A model generated the notes under the pieces. It ran no database searches, was not told the origin of the DNA, and saw only the letters and a program-made list of their open reading frames with translations. The translations under genes and the position numbers were made by a program. From assembly GCA_051251855.1 (NCBI GenBank), contig JBPOGI010000001.1, forward strand, positions 128,001 to 192,000: a stretch of 64,000 nucleotides of DNA. The letters run 5' to 3'. Origin of the DNA: Roseibacillus sp. (GTDB taxonomy: Bacteria > Verrucomicrobiota > Verrucomicrobiia > Verrucomicrobiales > Akkermansiaceae). Shown here piece after piece: positions 54,852-63,632 of the stretch (the first letter of the stretch is position 1; every line of letters starts with the position of its first letter).

Positions 54852-55741
54852 GAATTCTTTCGTTTGGCTCTTCTTTGAAAAAGTCCATGCATCGCTTTGA
54901 AGGGGTCTTCGTTTGTGGCCAAGGAGGTGAAGTCGATGTTATAGCGCTTAAAAATTTTGAGCACGCCCTCGCGGTGACGGCGGGTGAGTTTGGAGAACCC
55001 CATGCGGACGTTGCTGTTAGAGGTGTTGACCACGCGTTCGTAGCCGCTTTCGGGGTCGATGAGGGTGACGTTGCCGACGGAAGGCAGTTCGCGTTCAACG
55101 GGGTCGAAGATACGGAGGGCGACGAGGTCGTGCTTTTGGGAAAGGGTGGCGATGGATTTTGAAAAATCGGCACCAATGAAGTCGGAGAGGAGAAAGACGA
55201 GTGATTTTTGGCGGACAGCTTGCATCATCACTTTGGTGGCTAGGGGAAAATTGACGGCACCTGTGGGGGCTGGAGTGGCGAGGATTTCGCGGATGCAGCG
55301 GAGGATGTGTTTGGTTCCTTTGGCGGGGGGGAGGTAGAGGAGGGGCTCGTCGGCGAAGAGGAGAAGGCCCACTTTGTCGCCATTGTCGCGAGCGGAGAAG
55401 GCGATGAGGGCGGCGACCTCGGCTGCAAGTTCGCGCTTGGAAAGACGAACGGAGCCGTAGTCCATGGAGGCGGAGATATCGACCGCGATGATGGCGGAGA
55501 GTTCGCGTTCTTCGCGGAATTTGCGGATGAAGGGGGTGCCGAGACGAGCGGTGACGTTCCAGTCGATGAAACGGATTTCGTCTCCGTGCTGATATTCGCG
55601 GAATTCGTCGAAATCGAGTCCTTGGCCTTTGAAGGAGGAATGGTAGTCGCCCGCAAAGGTCTCTTTGACCAAACGCTTGGCGCGCAGCTCCAGGCGACGG
55701 ACCCGGGCCATGATTTCTTCGATTTCGTCAGGTTCGCTCAC
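54848..55741 (-). CDS. DUF58 domain protein (MoxR-associated)
   Basis: 'GDYHSSFKGQGLDFDEFREYQ.GD.IR.IDWNVTAR', 'EEREL', 'DISASM', 'SDF'. Confidence 0.92.
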   Translation of the reverse strand: MSEPDEIEEIMARVRRLELRAKRLVKETFAGDYHSSFKGQGLDFDEFREYQHGDEIRFIDWNVTARLGTPFIRKFREERELSAIIAVDISASMDYGSVRLSKRELAAEVAALIAFSARDNGDKVGLLLFADEPLLYLPPAKGTKHILRCIREILATPAPTGAVNFPLATKVMMQAVRQKSLVFLLSDFIGADFSKSIATLSQKHDLVALRIFDPVERELPSVGNVTLIDPESGYERVVNTSNSNVRMGFSKLTRRHREGVLKIFKRYNIDFTSLATNEDPFKAMHGLFQRRAKRKNS

Positions 55742-55899
55742 TGCTTCTGGGAAAACGATAGAGCCGGAGGAAATTGTCTCAAGTTTGGAACAGGTGTTCT
55801 TTGGGAATTTTTTGGGGAACAAGAGGCTCTTGGAATTACCTGTGTTTTGCCGCTGAAAGCAGCAACAACGGACTGCCGCTGGAAGCGCCAGCTATGGGA

Positions 55900-57009
55900 C
55901 TAGTGGCCAGTGGGGCTCTCGCCGGTGGCGACGCCGAGGGAGGCGGATTCTTCGGGGAGAAAACGCTTGAAGCGGGTCTTGTCGATGGCCTTCATATAGG
56001 CTTCCTCGGGAGAAATCATGCCTGCTTGGAGTTTTTCCCAGATGGCTTCGTCCATGAACTGCATTCCTTCGGCTTTTCCTTGGGTGATGACGTCGTAGAG
56101 CTTCTGGGTGGCGCCTTCTCGAATGATGGCGGCGACCGCGGAGTTGGTGAACATGATCTCGTTGACGGCGACACGGCCTGGTTTGTCGGTACGCTTACAA
56201 AGAAGCTGCGCGACGATGCCTTTGAGAGAGGCTGCGAGCATGGTGCGAACTTGAGATTGTTGGTCGGAAGGGAAGACGTCCACGACGCGGTCGATGGTCT
56301 TACGAGCGTTGTTGGTGTGCAGGGTTCCGAAGACGAGGAGGCCGGTTTCGGCTGCCGTCAGGGCGAGGGAAATGGTTTCGAGGTCTCGCATCTCGCCCAC
56401 GAGAACGATGTCGGCATCTTGTCGCATGGCGGCACGCAGTCCGTCTGCAAAGCTGGGAGTCTGGATGGGAACTTCACGTTGGGTGATGATGGACATCTTG
56501 TTGCGGTGGACGAACTCGATGGGCTCTTCGACCGTGATAATGTGGCGACTGTAGTTGGTGTTGATGTAGTCTAACAGCGCAGCGAGAGTGGTGGATTTCC
56601 CGGAACCGGTGGGCCCAGTGACGAGGACAAGCCCGGCGCGCATGTGGCCAAACTCCTTGATGACTTTGGGAAGATTCAGGTCTTCGAGGGAGGCGATTTC
56701 GGTAGGAATGAGTCGGAAGACGGCGGCGAGTCCGAACTGCTGCTGCAGGTAGTTGCAGCGGAAGCGGGAGACGTCATCCATCTCGTAAGCGAAGTCGAGG
56801 TCTCCGCCTTCCAAGTAGGCGGCGAAGGCTCCGGGCTCAGCAATTTCTTCGAGCATCTTTTTGAAGCTTTCTCCTTCGAGAACGGGTTCATCGGGGATGG
56901 CGGAGACACCTCCGTGAACGCGCACCTTGGGAGGTTGCCCTTCGGAAAGATGGAGGTCTGAGCCTTTGCTGGAGACAAGGTATTGAAAGAGACGATCAAT
57001 TTCGGCCAT
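55900..57009 (-). CDS. pilT: PilT/PilU family type IV pilus ATPase
   Basis: 'SDLHL', 'TGPTGSGKSTT', 'EEPIEF', 'MRQDAD..LVGEMRD.ET', 'AETGLLVFGTLHT'. Confidence 0.9.
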   Translation of the reverse strand: MAEIDRLFQYLVSSKGSDLHLSEGQPPKVRVHGGVSAIPDEPVLEGESFKKMLEEIAEPGAFAAYLEGGDLDFAYEMDDVSRFRCNYLQQQFGLAAVFRLIPTEIASLEDLNLPKVIKEFGHMRAGLVLVTGPTGSGKSTTLAALLDYINTNYSRHIITVEEPIEFVHRNKMSIITQREVPIQTPSFADGLRAAMRQDADIVLVGEMRDLETISLALTAAETGLLVFGTLHTNNARKTIDRVVDVFPSDQQSQVRTMLAASLKGIVAQLLCKRTDKPGRVAVNEIMFTNSAVAAIIREGATQKLYDVITQGKAEGMQFMDEAIWEKLQAGMISPEEAYMKAIDKTRFKRFLPEESASLGVATGESPTGH

Positions 57010-57048
57010 GAGAAAATTAGTTAAAGTGTTGGATAAGAAAAGAGGTGC

Positions 57049-58131
57049 TTAGGACTCGAAGAAGGCGCGCATTTGCGGTTTGTCTTCGCAACGATACAGG
57101 GTTTCTTCCTGTGAGATGATGCCTTGCATGTAGAGATTACGGAGGGATTCATCCATCGTGATCATGCCGACGTTTTTACCGGTCTGCATGATGCCGGGGA
57201 GCATGAAGGTTTTGCCATCTCGGATGGTGGCTCCTACTGCCGCGGTGTTGACCAGAAGCTCGAGAGCCAAGGCACGACCGGAGCCGTCAATTTTGGGCAC
57301 GAGTTGCTGTGAAATAATGCCTCGAAGAGATTCGGATACCATGACGCGAATCTGGTCTCGTTGATCGGTTGGGAATACGTCGAGAACTCGGTCGAGAGTT
57401 CGAGGCGCGTTGCCGGTGTGAAGAGTGGCGAGAACGAGGTGACCCGTTTCCGCCGCTGTGAGGGCGAGTTGAATGGTTTCGAGGTCGCGCATTTCTCCAA
57501 CCATGATGACGTCCGGGTCTTGGCGCAAAGCTCCGCGCAGGGCTCGACTAAAGGACTCGGTGTGAGAGTGAACTTCACGCTGGTTCACGTGACAGCCAGC
57601 GGATTCAAAAACATACTCGATAGGGTCTTCCAGAGTGAGAATGTGGTCTTCGCGGTCTTGGTTGATGAAGTTGACGAGCGCCGCCATGGAGGTGGACTTT
57701 CCAGAACCAACGGAGCCGGTCACGAGGATGAGTCCGTTTTGGTATCGGGTGAGGGGAATCAAGTCGTCGGCTGGTAGGCCGCACTCTTCGATGGTTCGAA
57801 TGGTGGTCGAAATGAGTCGGAAGACGAGCTCAAGGCCGAGGCGCTGGCGTACGACGGAGGCGCGAAAGCGTCCGAAATCGGTGGCGTAGGCGAAGTCGAC
57901 ATCTCCTCTTTCTTCCAAACGAGCTTTCTCCTTGTCGCCAAGGAAGGACATCGCAAGGCGCTCTGTGTCTTCTTCAGTAAGAGGGGGGTGTCCCTCCCAG
58001 ATAGGCGCAAGAGTGCCGAAGCGGCGCCAAGTGGGTGGATAAGCGGTCGGAAGGTGGATATCGGAGCAATCATACTCCAAGCCAATTTTGAGATATTCGT
58101 CTACGTGGGCCAGAACCTTGTGTTCGGACAT
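57049..58131 (-). CDS. pilT: PilT/PilU family type IV pilus ATPase
   Basis: 'SDIHL', 'TGSVGSGKSTS', 'EDPIEY', 'LRQDPDVIMVGEMRD', 'AETGHLVLATLHT'. Confidence 0.9.
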   Translation of the reverse strand: MSEHKVLAHVDEYLKIGLEYDCSDIHLPTAYPPTWRRFGTLAPIWEGHPPLTEEDTERLAMSFLGDKEKARLEERGDVDFAYATDFGRFRASVVRQRLGLELVFRLISTTIRTIEECGLPADDLIPLTRYQNGLILVTGSVGSGKSTSMAALVNFINQDREDHILTLEDPIEYVFESAGCHVNQREVHSHTESFSRALRGALRQDPDVIMVGEMRDLETIQLALTAAETGHLVLATLHTGNAPRTLDRVLDVFPTDQRDQIRVMVSESLRGIISQQLVPKIDGSGRALALELLVNTAAVGATIRDGKTFMLPGIMQTGKNVGMITMDESLRNLYMQGIISQEETLYRCEDKPQMRAFFES

Positions 58132-58225
58132 AAGCTATTCGTGTTAAGGGTTGGTTTGTGCTAGTTTCATTGGACACTGGCTTGGCCTATCAGGGCAAGA
58201 CTCTTTACCCATTATTTACATGTGA

Positions 58226-58585
58226 TTACTTTCGCAACCATCGTCGAGCTTGTTCGGTGAGCCAAACACGAGCGAGAGGTTGCGTAACTGAAAGGGAAAA
58301 CGCTAAAAGTTGGCGCGGGATGGTTTTGGATTCGCTGATGGTCTTTTCCTTCTTCTTTCTGCGTTTTGGCTTGAGGAGGAGAACCAAGAGGCAAGCTGCT
58401 CCAGCCGTGATCATAGCGGTGCGGGCGGGGCGGGCCTGCATACTTGAGGGCAGTTTTCCCGCTACGTGAAGCAGATTTTTGGACTGTGAAAGGAGCTGTC
58501 GGGTGTCGGGCACCTTGAGGGTGCGGCGATAGCCTGCCAGCTGGCTTACGAGTTCTTGCTTGTTGGATTGTGTTCTTGGATCCAT
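58226..58585 (-). CDS. YqjK-like hypothetical protein
   Basis: Small basic protein with one hydrophobic segment; third gene after the DUF883 and holin-like genes. Confidence 0.5.
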   Translation of the reverse strand: MDPRTQSNKQELVSQLAGYRRTLKVPDTRQLLSQSKNLLHVAGKLPSSMQARPARTAMITAGAACLLVLLLKPKRRKKKEKTISESKTIPRQLLAFSLSVTQPLARVWLTEQARRWLRK

Positions 58586-58959
58586 TCGCGATCGCGTTCG
58601 AGTTCGGCTCGGGAGTATTCAAAGAGAGGGGCGGGAAGCTTGCCGGTCACCTTCTTCTTCATCGCAAAGATAATGACGATGTGAATTCCGGCTACGATGA
58701 GGGCGGCGACTTCCCAGCCGAGGAGAGGGTGTTTTCCAATCAGTCCAAGTAGTTTTCCGATGAAAGAGACAAGAGCTGTTAGAAGAAGGAAGTAGCTTCC
58801 AACGGCGCAGACGAGAATGACGAGAAGGGGAGCAAGCTTGCCCTTGAGATGGGCAAGAGCTTCTTGGGTCTCGATGGAGACCAGTTGCAGGCGGGTCCTC
58901 ATGTAGGCTGACATTCCCTTAGGGAACGAGAGCTCAGGCTCGTCGCCGGATTCGTTCAT
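58546..58959 (-). CDS. YqjE-like / 'phage holin family' two-TM protein
   Basis: 'RTRLQL..IE.QE', two TM segments, 'F..SR.ELERDREW'. Confidence 0.75.
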   Translation of the reverse strand: MNESGDEPELSFPKGMSAYMRTRLQLVSIETQEALAHLKGKLAPLLVILVCAVGSYFLLLTALVSFIGKLLGLIGKHPLLGWEVAALIVAGIHIVIIFAMKKKVTGKLPAPLFEYSRAELERDREWIQEHNPTSKNS

Positions 58960-58974
58960 GCTCGGCAAGGGCGT

Positions 58975-59361
58975 TTAGCGGCGGATGACGAGTCCAGCGA
59001 GGAAACCGATGGCAGCAGCGGCCAAAACGGTCTGAGTAGGGTGCTGGCGAATGAGATCCTCGGAATCAGCATGGAATTCGCGGAGCTTGAGGCGGGTATC
59101 CTGCCATTGCTCGGTAGCGGCACCACGGAGGTGTTGCACGTTTTCGCCGGCGTTGTCGCGGAATTGGACGGTCTTCTCTGTGGCAACCTCGCGAAGTTCT
59201 TTTGCCTTTTCGGTGGCAGACTCCTTTAGGAGCTTGGCCTTTTCCTCGGCGGTGTGGGTCAGTTCGCGGGCTTTTTCGCCAGCTGCAGCACGAAGTTCGT
59301 TAGCGGCTTGGAGATTCGGAGAAGAGGTAGGGACTGGGGTGTCAGCAAATGGTTCGCTCAT
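58975..59361 (-). CDS. DUF883 (ElaB/YqjD) family protein
   Basis: Helical repeats, then 'IRQHPTQTVLAAAAIGFLAGLVIRR' tail anchor. Confidence 0.85.
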   Translation of the reverse strand: MSEPFADTPVPTSSPNLQAANELRAAAGEKARELTHTAEEKAKLLKESATEKAKELREVATEKTVQFRDNAGENVQHLRGAATEQWQDTRLKLREFHADSEDLIRQHPTQTVLAAAAIGFLAGLVIRR

Positions 59362-59451
59362 GATTCAAAATTGTTTTCATGAGAAAGGTGGCAGTGGGTG
59401 GGGAGAGGTGCAAGTCGGATTGTGGGGGTGGGTGGAAAAACGTGAGCCACT

Positions 59452-60213
59452 TTAGGAGGTCTTGGTGGGCCAAGGGTTTTGGGCGAGCCATTGTTGGATG
59501 ACCTTTGGGTTTTCAGTGAGGTTGCCAGTGACGCGGTAGTTGGAGGCGGCGAGGACGGCGGCTTGGGAGGGGCCTTCATCGACGACGGTCCAAGGGCGGG
59601 CGCCGGAGGAGTGGATGAAGTTGATGCTCTGGTCGGGATTGACGATCAGAAAGGCGACGTGGGTATCGAGTCCGACGATGCGGACGCCGGGCCCGCGGGC
59701 GATGACTTGCTGGAGGAAGTCTTCGTAAGTGGTGGAGGTGCTGATGTGAATCTCGTCGCGAGCGAGAAAAGTGCGGATAATGTTTTGGGAGGCTTGTTGG
59801 GCGAGGCGGAAGCGTTCGACCTCGAATCCGGCGTCGCGGAGAACGGTGGAAACGAAGTAACCGCAGGCGATTTTGCCATCTCCTGGGGTTTGGGAGGTGC
59901 CGTTGAAGTCCCAAGGGGTTCCGAGCCAGCAGCGCATGAGCTGGGGGAGTTGAGCTTCGAGGAGGGCGCGGGCTTCGTTTTCGATGAGCTCCTTCTCGGC
60001 GGTGGAGTCGGCGGAGGCGTGTTGGGCGGCGAGTCGCTGGCGTTCGGTTGCGAGCTCGCCGATGAGGGAGCGGTATTTCGCGGGGTCGGGTTTCGGGTGA
60101 GGAGTCTCGGATAGAAAAACGGAGGAAAGAGGGAGTTTGGGCCACGAGTTGATGGTGACCCAAAGGCCAGTAAAAATGGCAATGAGGAGAATGATTGGAA
60201 GGCGGCTATGCAT
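59452..60213 (-). CDS. Exported protein, NlpC/P60-like papain-fold candidate
   Basis: 'WLGTPWDF.G.......IACGYFVS', 'THVAF', 'FIHSS'; N-terminal TM. Confidence 0.55.
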   Translation of the reverse strand: MHSRLPIILLIAIFTGLWVTINSWPKLPLSSVFLSETPHPKPDPAKYRSLIGELATERQRLAAQHASADSTAEKELIENEARALLEAQLPQLMRCWLGTPWDFNGTSQTPGDGKIACGYFVSTVLRDAGFEVERFRLAQQASQNIIRTFLARDEIHISTSTTYEDFLQQVIARGPGVRIVGLDTHVAFLIVNPDQSINFIHSSGARPWTVVDEGPSQAAVLAASNYRVTGNLTENPKVIQQWLAQNPWPTKTS

Positions 60214-60302
60214 GAAAGGCTAGTGTCAGGTAGAAAAGTGGTCGTTGTCTAACTCTGTGTGGTCCTTGGTGTTCGGATTTAAGTTGTTGCGATACCTTCT
60301 AC

Positions 60303-60560
60303 TTACATTGCTCCAGGCCCTTGTCCGAGGGTTTGAGACAGGATGCTTAGCATAGAAAGCAGCCGAAATTGGAGACCCAGTTCAACGACCAGGTGAATGA
60401 GCTCGAAAGTCCCCCAAGAAGAAAGGGCCCAAAGAAGTCCGGTAGGAATACTGTCTGGGGAGCTACTGGTGTCCTTCAGATGTGGGAGCGATGGTTCTTC
60501 TGGGTTCACGTCGGAGGTAATTAATGAAATGGCGTTGGTGGTTTTCGTTGTTAAATTCAT
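60303..60560 (-). CDS. Small hypothetical protein (85 aa)
   Basis: ATG-started ORF with a hydrophobic C-terminal half, lying just downstream of a sigma54-like promoter. Confidence 0.45.
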   Translation of the reverse strand: MNLTTKTTNAISLITSDVNPEEPSLPHLKDTSSSPDSIPTGLLWALSSWGTFELIHLVVELGLQFRLLSMLSILSQTLGQGPGAM

Positions 60561-60592
60561 GGGAGCTAAAGGTGTATTACTAATGAGGTGGT

Positions 60593-60609
60593 TATCATTC
60601 TCCGTGCCA
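60593..60609 (-). promoter_or_regulatory. Putative sigma54 (-24/-12) promoter
   Basis: Minus strand TGGCACGGAGAATGATA: perfect TGGCACG, then GG-N10-GA instead of GC. Confidence 0.55.
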
Positions 60610-60628
60610 TCTGCTTCTCGCTTTACCT

Positions 60629-60641
60629 TAACTCATTGTTT
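60629..60641 (-). promoter_or_regulatory. Putative IHF site
   Basis: Minus strand AAACAATGAGTTA, one mismatch to WATCAANNNNTTR, about 20 nt upstream of the -24 box in AT-rich DNA. Confidence 0.45.
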
Positions 60642-60698
60642 GTTAGTTTGTTGAGGGTTATTTGTTTTCGTGGTTATTGGTTTTTAGGAAGGTGTTTT

Positions 60699-60745
60699 CC
60701 AGTAAAGATTACAGGAGCCTCCGATTTTTCTGAAATTTTTACTGG
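60699..60745. promoter_or_regulatory. Two tandem imperfect palindromes, putative enhancer-binding-protein sites
   Basis: CCAGTAA-AGA-TTACAGG (60699-60715) and TCTGAAA-TTT-TTACTGG (60729-60745), 30 bp apart. Confidence 0.5.
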
Positions 60746-60777
60746 TTCGAGAGTTCTCACATTTCCCTAAAACTCAA

Positions 60778-61578
60778 TTAAGGGTGGCCGACCACTTCAC
60801 CGACAAGCGCAATCATGGGGATGGGGCCGATGTTGCGACTGTCTTTCGAGTGGGCGCGATTATCTCCGAGGACGTAGCAGTGATACTGGGGCACTGTGGT
60901 GGGCGGGAGGTCTGCGGAACCCCTGCGCACTGAGGGGCTTTCTTTGATGGCGGCGCCGTTGACCCAGACTTCACCAGCCTTAATTTCTACCACGTCTCCG
61001 GGCAGCCCAATCACGCGCTTGACCCAGGTCTGGCTGCGCTTATCAGGATTGCGAAAGGCGATGAGGTCGTAACGCTCGGGATTGTCGCGGAGGTAGGCAT
61101 CCTTTCTGACGACGATTCGTTGCCCTTCGGTGAGGGTGTTATTCATCGAGTTACCAGTCATCCTGAATCCTTGAATGAAGTTTTCTCTCAACGTGAAAGT
61201 GAAGCCAACAATCAGGGCAATGATGACGATGGAGATGGCAAGGTAGAAAGACCCCGAGTTGTATTCCTTAAGGCGATAGTCTTCGCGGCATTGTCGGGCG
61301 AGTTTCCTGGCATCGAAGGCCGAGTAGAATGAGAACGCTGTCAGGAGAATGATGATGACAATGCTGAGAATTAGGGCGTCTCCCAGTTCCATTGCTAACA
61401 ATACGATGCCTACAATGAAAACGAGGGAGAAGAAGGCGATGTGCAGTAAGCCGCGATTCAGGCAACCGCAATAGATTTGACCCAATCCTGGAGAGAGGTT
61501 CGAGAGGTTGAATGCGGTCTTGGGACTACGCGGTTTGATGGCGCCGAGTTCGGTGGTGGGTGTTGCTTGTTCGGACAT
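60778..61578 (-). CDS. lepB: Signal peptidase I (S26) with an extra N-terminal membrane domain
   Basis: 'GNSM..TL..G', 'WVKRVIGLPGD', 'GDNR..S.DSR'; N-terminal 'PGLGQIY' plus 3 TM segments. Confidence 0.88.
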   Translation of the reverse strand: MSEQATPTTELGAIKPRSPKTAFNLSNLSPGLGQIYCGCLNRGLLHIAFFSLVFIVGIVLLAMELGDALILSIVIIILLTAFSFYSAFDARKLARQCREDYRLKEYNSGSFYLAISIVIIALIVGFTFTLRENFIQGFRMTGNSMNNTLTEGQRIVVRKDAYLRDNPERYDLIAFRNPDKRSQTWVKRVIGLPGDVVEIKAGEVWVNGAAIKESPSVRRGSADLPPTTVPQYHCYVLGDNRAHSKDSRNIGPIPMIALVGEVVGHP

Positions 61579-61582
61579 GACT

Positions 61583-61822
61583 TTAGCTAATGAGTTGCAG
61601 GATGAGGTGGACTTTTGCGATGCCGAGGGCAACGCAGCAGGGAGTGGAAAGAGGTGCGGGCAGAGGAAGCTTCGGGAGTTCGACTGCTATCGAGGGTAGT
61701 TCTTGAGCGCGGATGGCGTTCATGACGTCTTGTTGAAAGCGAGGAGGCACTGACTCTTCGTCGAGCTGTTCCTTTTTCAAGCGGACCCAGTCGTCGATAG
61801 ATTTTTCTTGGGAAGGTTTCAT
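61583..61822 (-). CDS. Small putative anti-sigma factor
   Basis: Starts 3 nt after the ECF sigma stop; 'VPPRFQQDVMNAI' anti-sigma-like helix, hydrophobic C-terminus. Confidence 0.5.
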   Translation of the reverse strand: MKPSQEKSIDDWVRLKKEQLDEESVPPRFQQDVMNAIRAQELPSIAVELPKLPLPAPLSTPCCVALGIAKVHLILQLIS

Positions 61823-61825
61823 GGG

Positions 61826-62359
61826 CTAGCGGTTGGCGGTTTCGAGGGCGGTTTTGAGAAAGTCTCGGGCACGGGAGACGCGGGATTTGATGGTTCCGAT
61901 GGTGGTGGATTCAATGCGAGCTACTTCGGCATGTGGGAGGTCCTCGATGACGGCCAAGACAAAGGCCCGTTTCTGCTTCGGTGGTAATTGGTGTAAAGCG
62001 ATGTCGAGCGCGGAGAGGTCGGCGCGCTCATCGACGGGTGAGGGCTTGGCAGATGATTCCGGTGGCTCGGCAAAGAGGGTGGGCTGCATGCGGTTCATGG
62101 CGTTGATTCCTCGACTGCGAGCGATCATGAAGAGCCAGGTTGAGAATCTGCTACGCACGGGGTCGAAGTCTCGTAGGCGACGGAATGCTTCCACGAGGAC
62201 GTCTTGAGCGACATCTTCGGCGAGGCGGCGCTTGTCGTGGAGGATGGTTGCGAGCATTCGTATCAGGGGTTGTTGGTAAGCATCTACGAGAGCTGAAAAA
62301 GCATCGACGTCCCCGTCCAGAGTGCGACGGGTGCAGTTGATTTCTTCTTCTTCGGTCAT
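61826..62359 (-). CDS. ECF (sigma-70 family) RNA polymerase sigma factor
   Basis: 'AEDVAQD', 'FSTWLF.IAR', 'LP.KQKRAFVL', 'EVARI....IGTIKSRVSRAR'. Confidence 0.93.
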   Translation of the reverse strand: MTEEEEINCTRRTLDGDVDAFSALVDAYQQPLIRMLATILHDKRRLAEDVAQDVLVEAFRRLRDFDPVRSRFSTWLFMIARSRGINAMNRMQPTLFAEPPESSAKPSPVDERADLSALDIALHQLPPKQKRAFVLAVIEDLPHAEVARIESTTIGTIKSRVSRARDFLKTALETANR

Positions 62360-62374
62360 GCAGTGGTCCCTGAT

Positions 62375-62401
62375 GATACCGACGAGAGCGGAGAAGGTTC
62401 C
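62375..62401 (-). promoter_or_regulatory. Putative autoregulatory ECF promoter
   Basis: Minus strand GGAACC-N16-GTATC, 15 nt upstream of the sigma gene ATG. Confidence 0.55.
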
Positions 62402-62516
62402 AAAATGATTGAGAAATTTTCTAGGGTGCTCTCCACCTCGTGAGATTTCCTGTGGGGATGTCTAGGACCGCATTGCTGCTTCTTTTCGTCTCGAAAGTGC
62501 CTTTTCCTTGGAGGTG

Positions 62517-63632
62517 ATGAAAGCGGTTCGAGAGATTGATTCTTTAAATAGTCTGCTGCGGCAGAAGGGGCAGTTGCATGGTGCGGTGGTGCAAGGCTTG
62601 GACTTATCGAAGGCAGGAGTGCCTTGGTCGGAGGTGGAGTGCCACGGAGCGGTGTTCTTGGGGTGTAATTTTCCAGAGGGAGTGGGGGTCTGTGATTTGA
62701 TGGAGAGAGGAGCCTCGGTGTTCCCAGCTTTTCCTGATTTCCCCTACGATCCCTATCGGCCGAGCCTGTATTCGCGAGATGAGCTGATGGAGGGGTGGAC
62801 GCCGAAGCAGGACTTGAGTTTGGATTTGCGCATCTATGAGCGCTTTGCGGAGCGGGGGCGGAAGCACCCTCATATCTTGGAAGCACTCGCGATGCGGTTG
62901 CATGACCACGCCATTGACGATGCTTTGGGGGACTTATTAGAAGGTCGTGTCGAGAAGGATGGCGTTAAGAAGGTGGTGGGAATCATGGGCGGCCATTCGA
63001 TGGGACGTGATGAGGAGGACTTTAAACGGGTGGCACGGGTGGCTTGGGCGCTGGCGAAGAAAGGTTACTTCGTGGCGACCGGTGGCGGTCCAGGGGTGAT
63101 GGAAGCAGGGAATCTGGGAGCGTATCTCGCTGGTGAGGATGAGGAGTCCTTGGAATGGTCTCTTTCTCATCTGGCGAAAGCGCCGGGCTATCAGGATGAG
63201 GGCTATGCGCAGCTGGCGCTGGATGTGATTGAGCGCTTTCCAACGGGAACATCGTCATTGGCGGTGCCAACTTGGTTCTATGGGCACGAGCCGACGAATT
63301 GGTTTGCGCAGCATGTGGCGAAGTATTTTTCGAATAGCTTGAGAGAAGATGGGCTTCTGGCGATTGCCACTCATGGAGTGATTTACGCGCGGGGAAGTGC
63401 GGGGACGACTCAGGAGGTCTTTATGGATGCCTGTCAGAATCACTATCAGACCTTTGAGGTGATTAGTCCGATGGTTTTCCTAGGGAGTGATTGGTTCGGC
63501 GACCGGACGGGGATTTTCGAGACAGTTTCACGACAGGCCGGGGAAAAGGCCTATGGGAAGTATGTGACCTTGGTCGATGAGGTGGCGAGTTGTGTGGCCT
63601 TCATTGAGGATCATCCGCCGGCGCTGCTTTGA
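62517..63632 (+). CDS. LOG/SMF-like Rossmann-fold nucleotide-binding protein
   Basis: 'IMGGH', 'TGGGPGVMEA', 'PTWFYGHEP', 'GSAGTTQEVF'; start 62508, 62514 or 62517. Confidence 0.8.
   Translation: MKAVREIDSLNSLLRQKGQLHGAVVQGLDLSKAGVPWSEVECHGAVFLGCNFPEGVGVCDLMERGASVFPAFPDFPYDPYRPSLYSRDELMEGWTPKQDLSLDLRIYERFAERGRKHPHILEALAMRLHDHAIDDALGDLLEGRVEKDGVKKVVGIMGGHSMGRDEEDFKRVARVAWALAKKGYFVATGGGPGVMEAGNLGAYLAGEDEESLEWSLSHLAKAPGYQDEGYAQLALDVIERFPTGTSSLAVPTWFYGHEPTNWFAQHVAKYFSNSLREDGLLAIATHGVIYARGSAGTTQEVFMDACQNHYQTFEVISPMVFLGSDWFGDRTGIFETVSRQAGEKAYGKYVTLVDEVASCVAFIEDHPPALL

Noticed and set aside
58546..58959. Holin-family gene as a sign of a prophage
   Set aside because: No phage genes nearby; the context is a yqjDEK-like operon.
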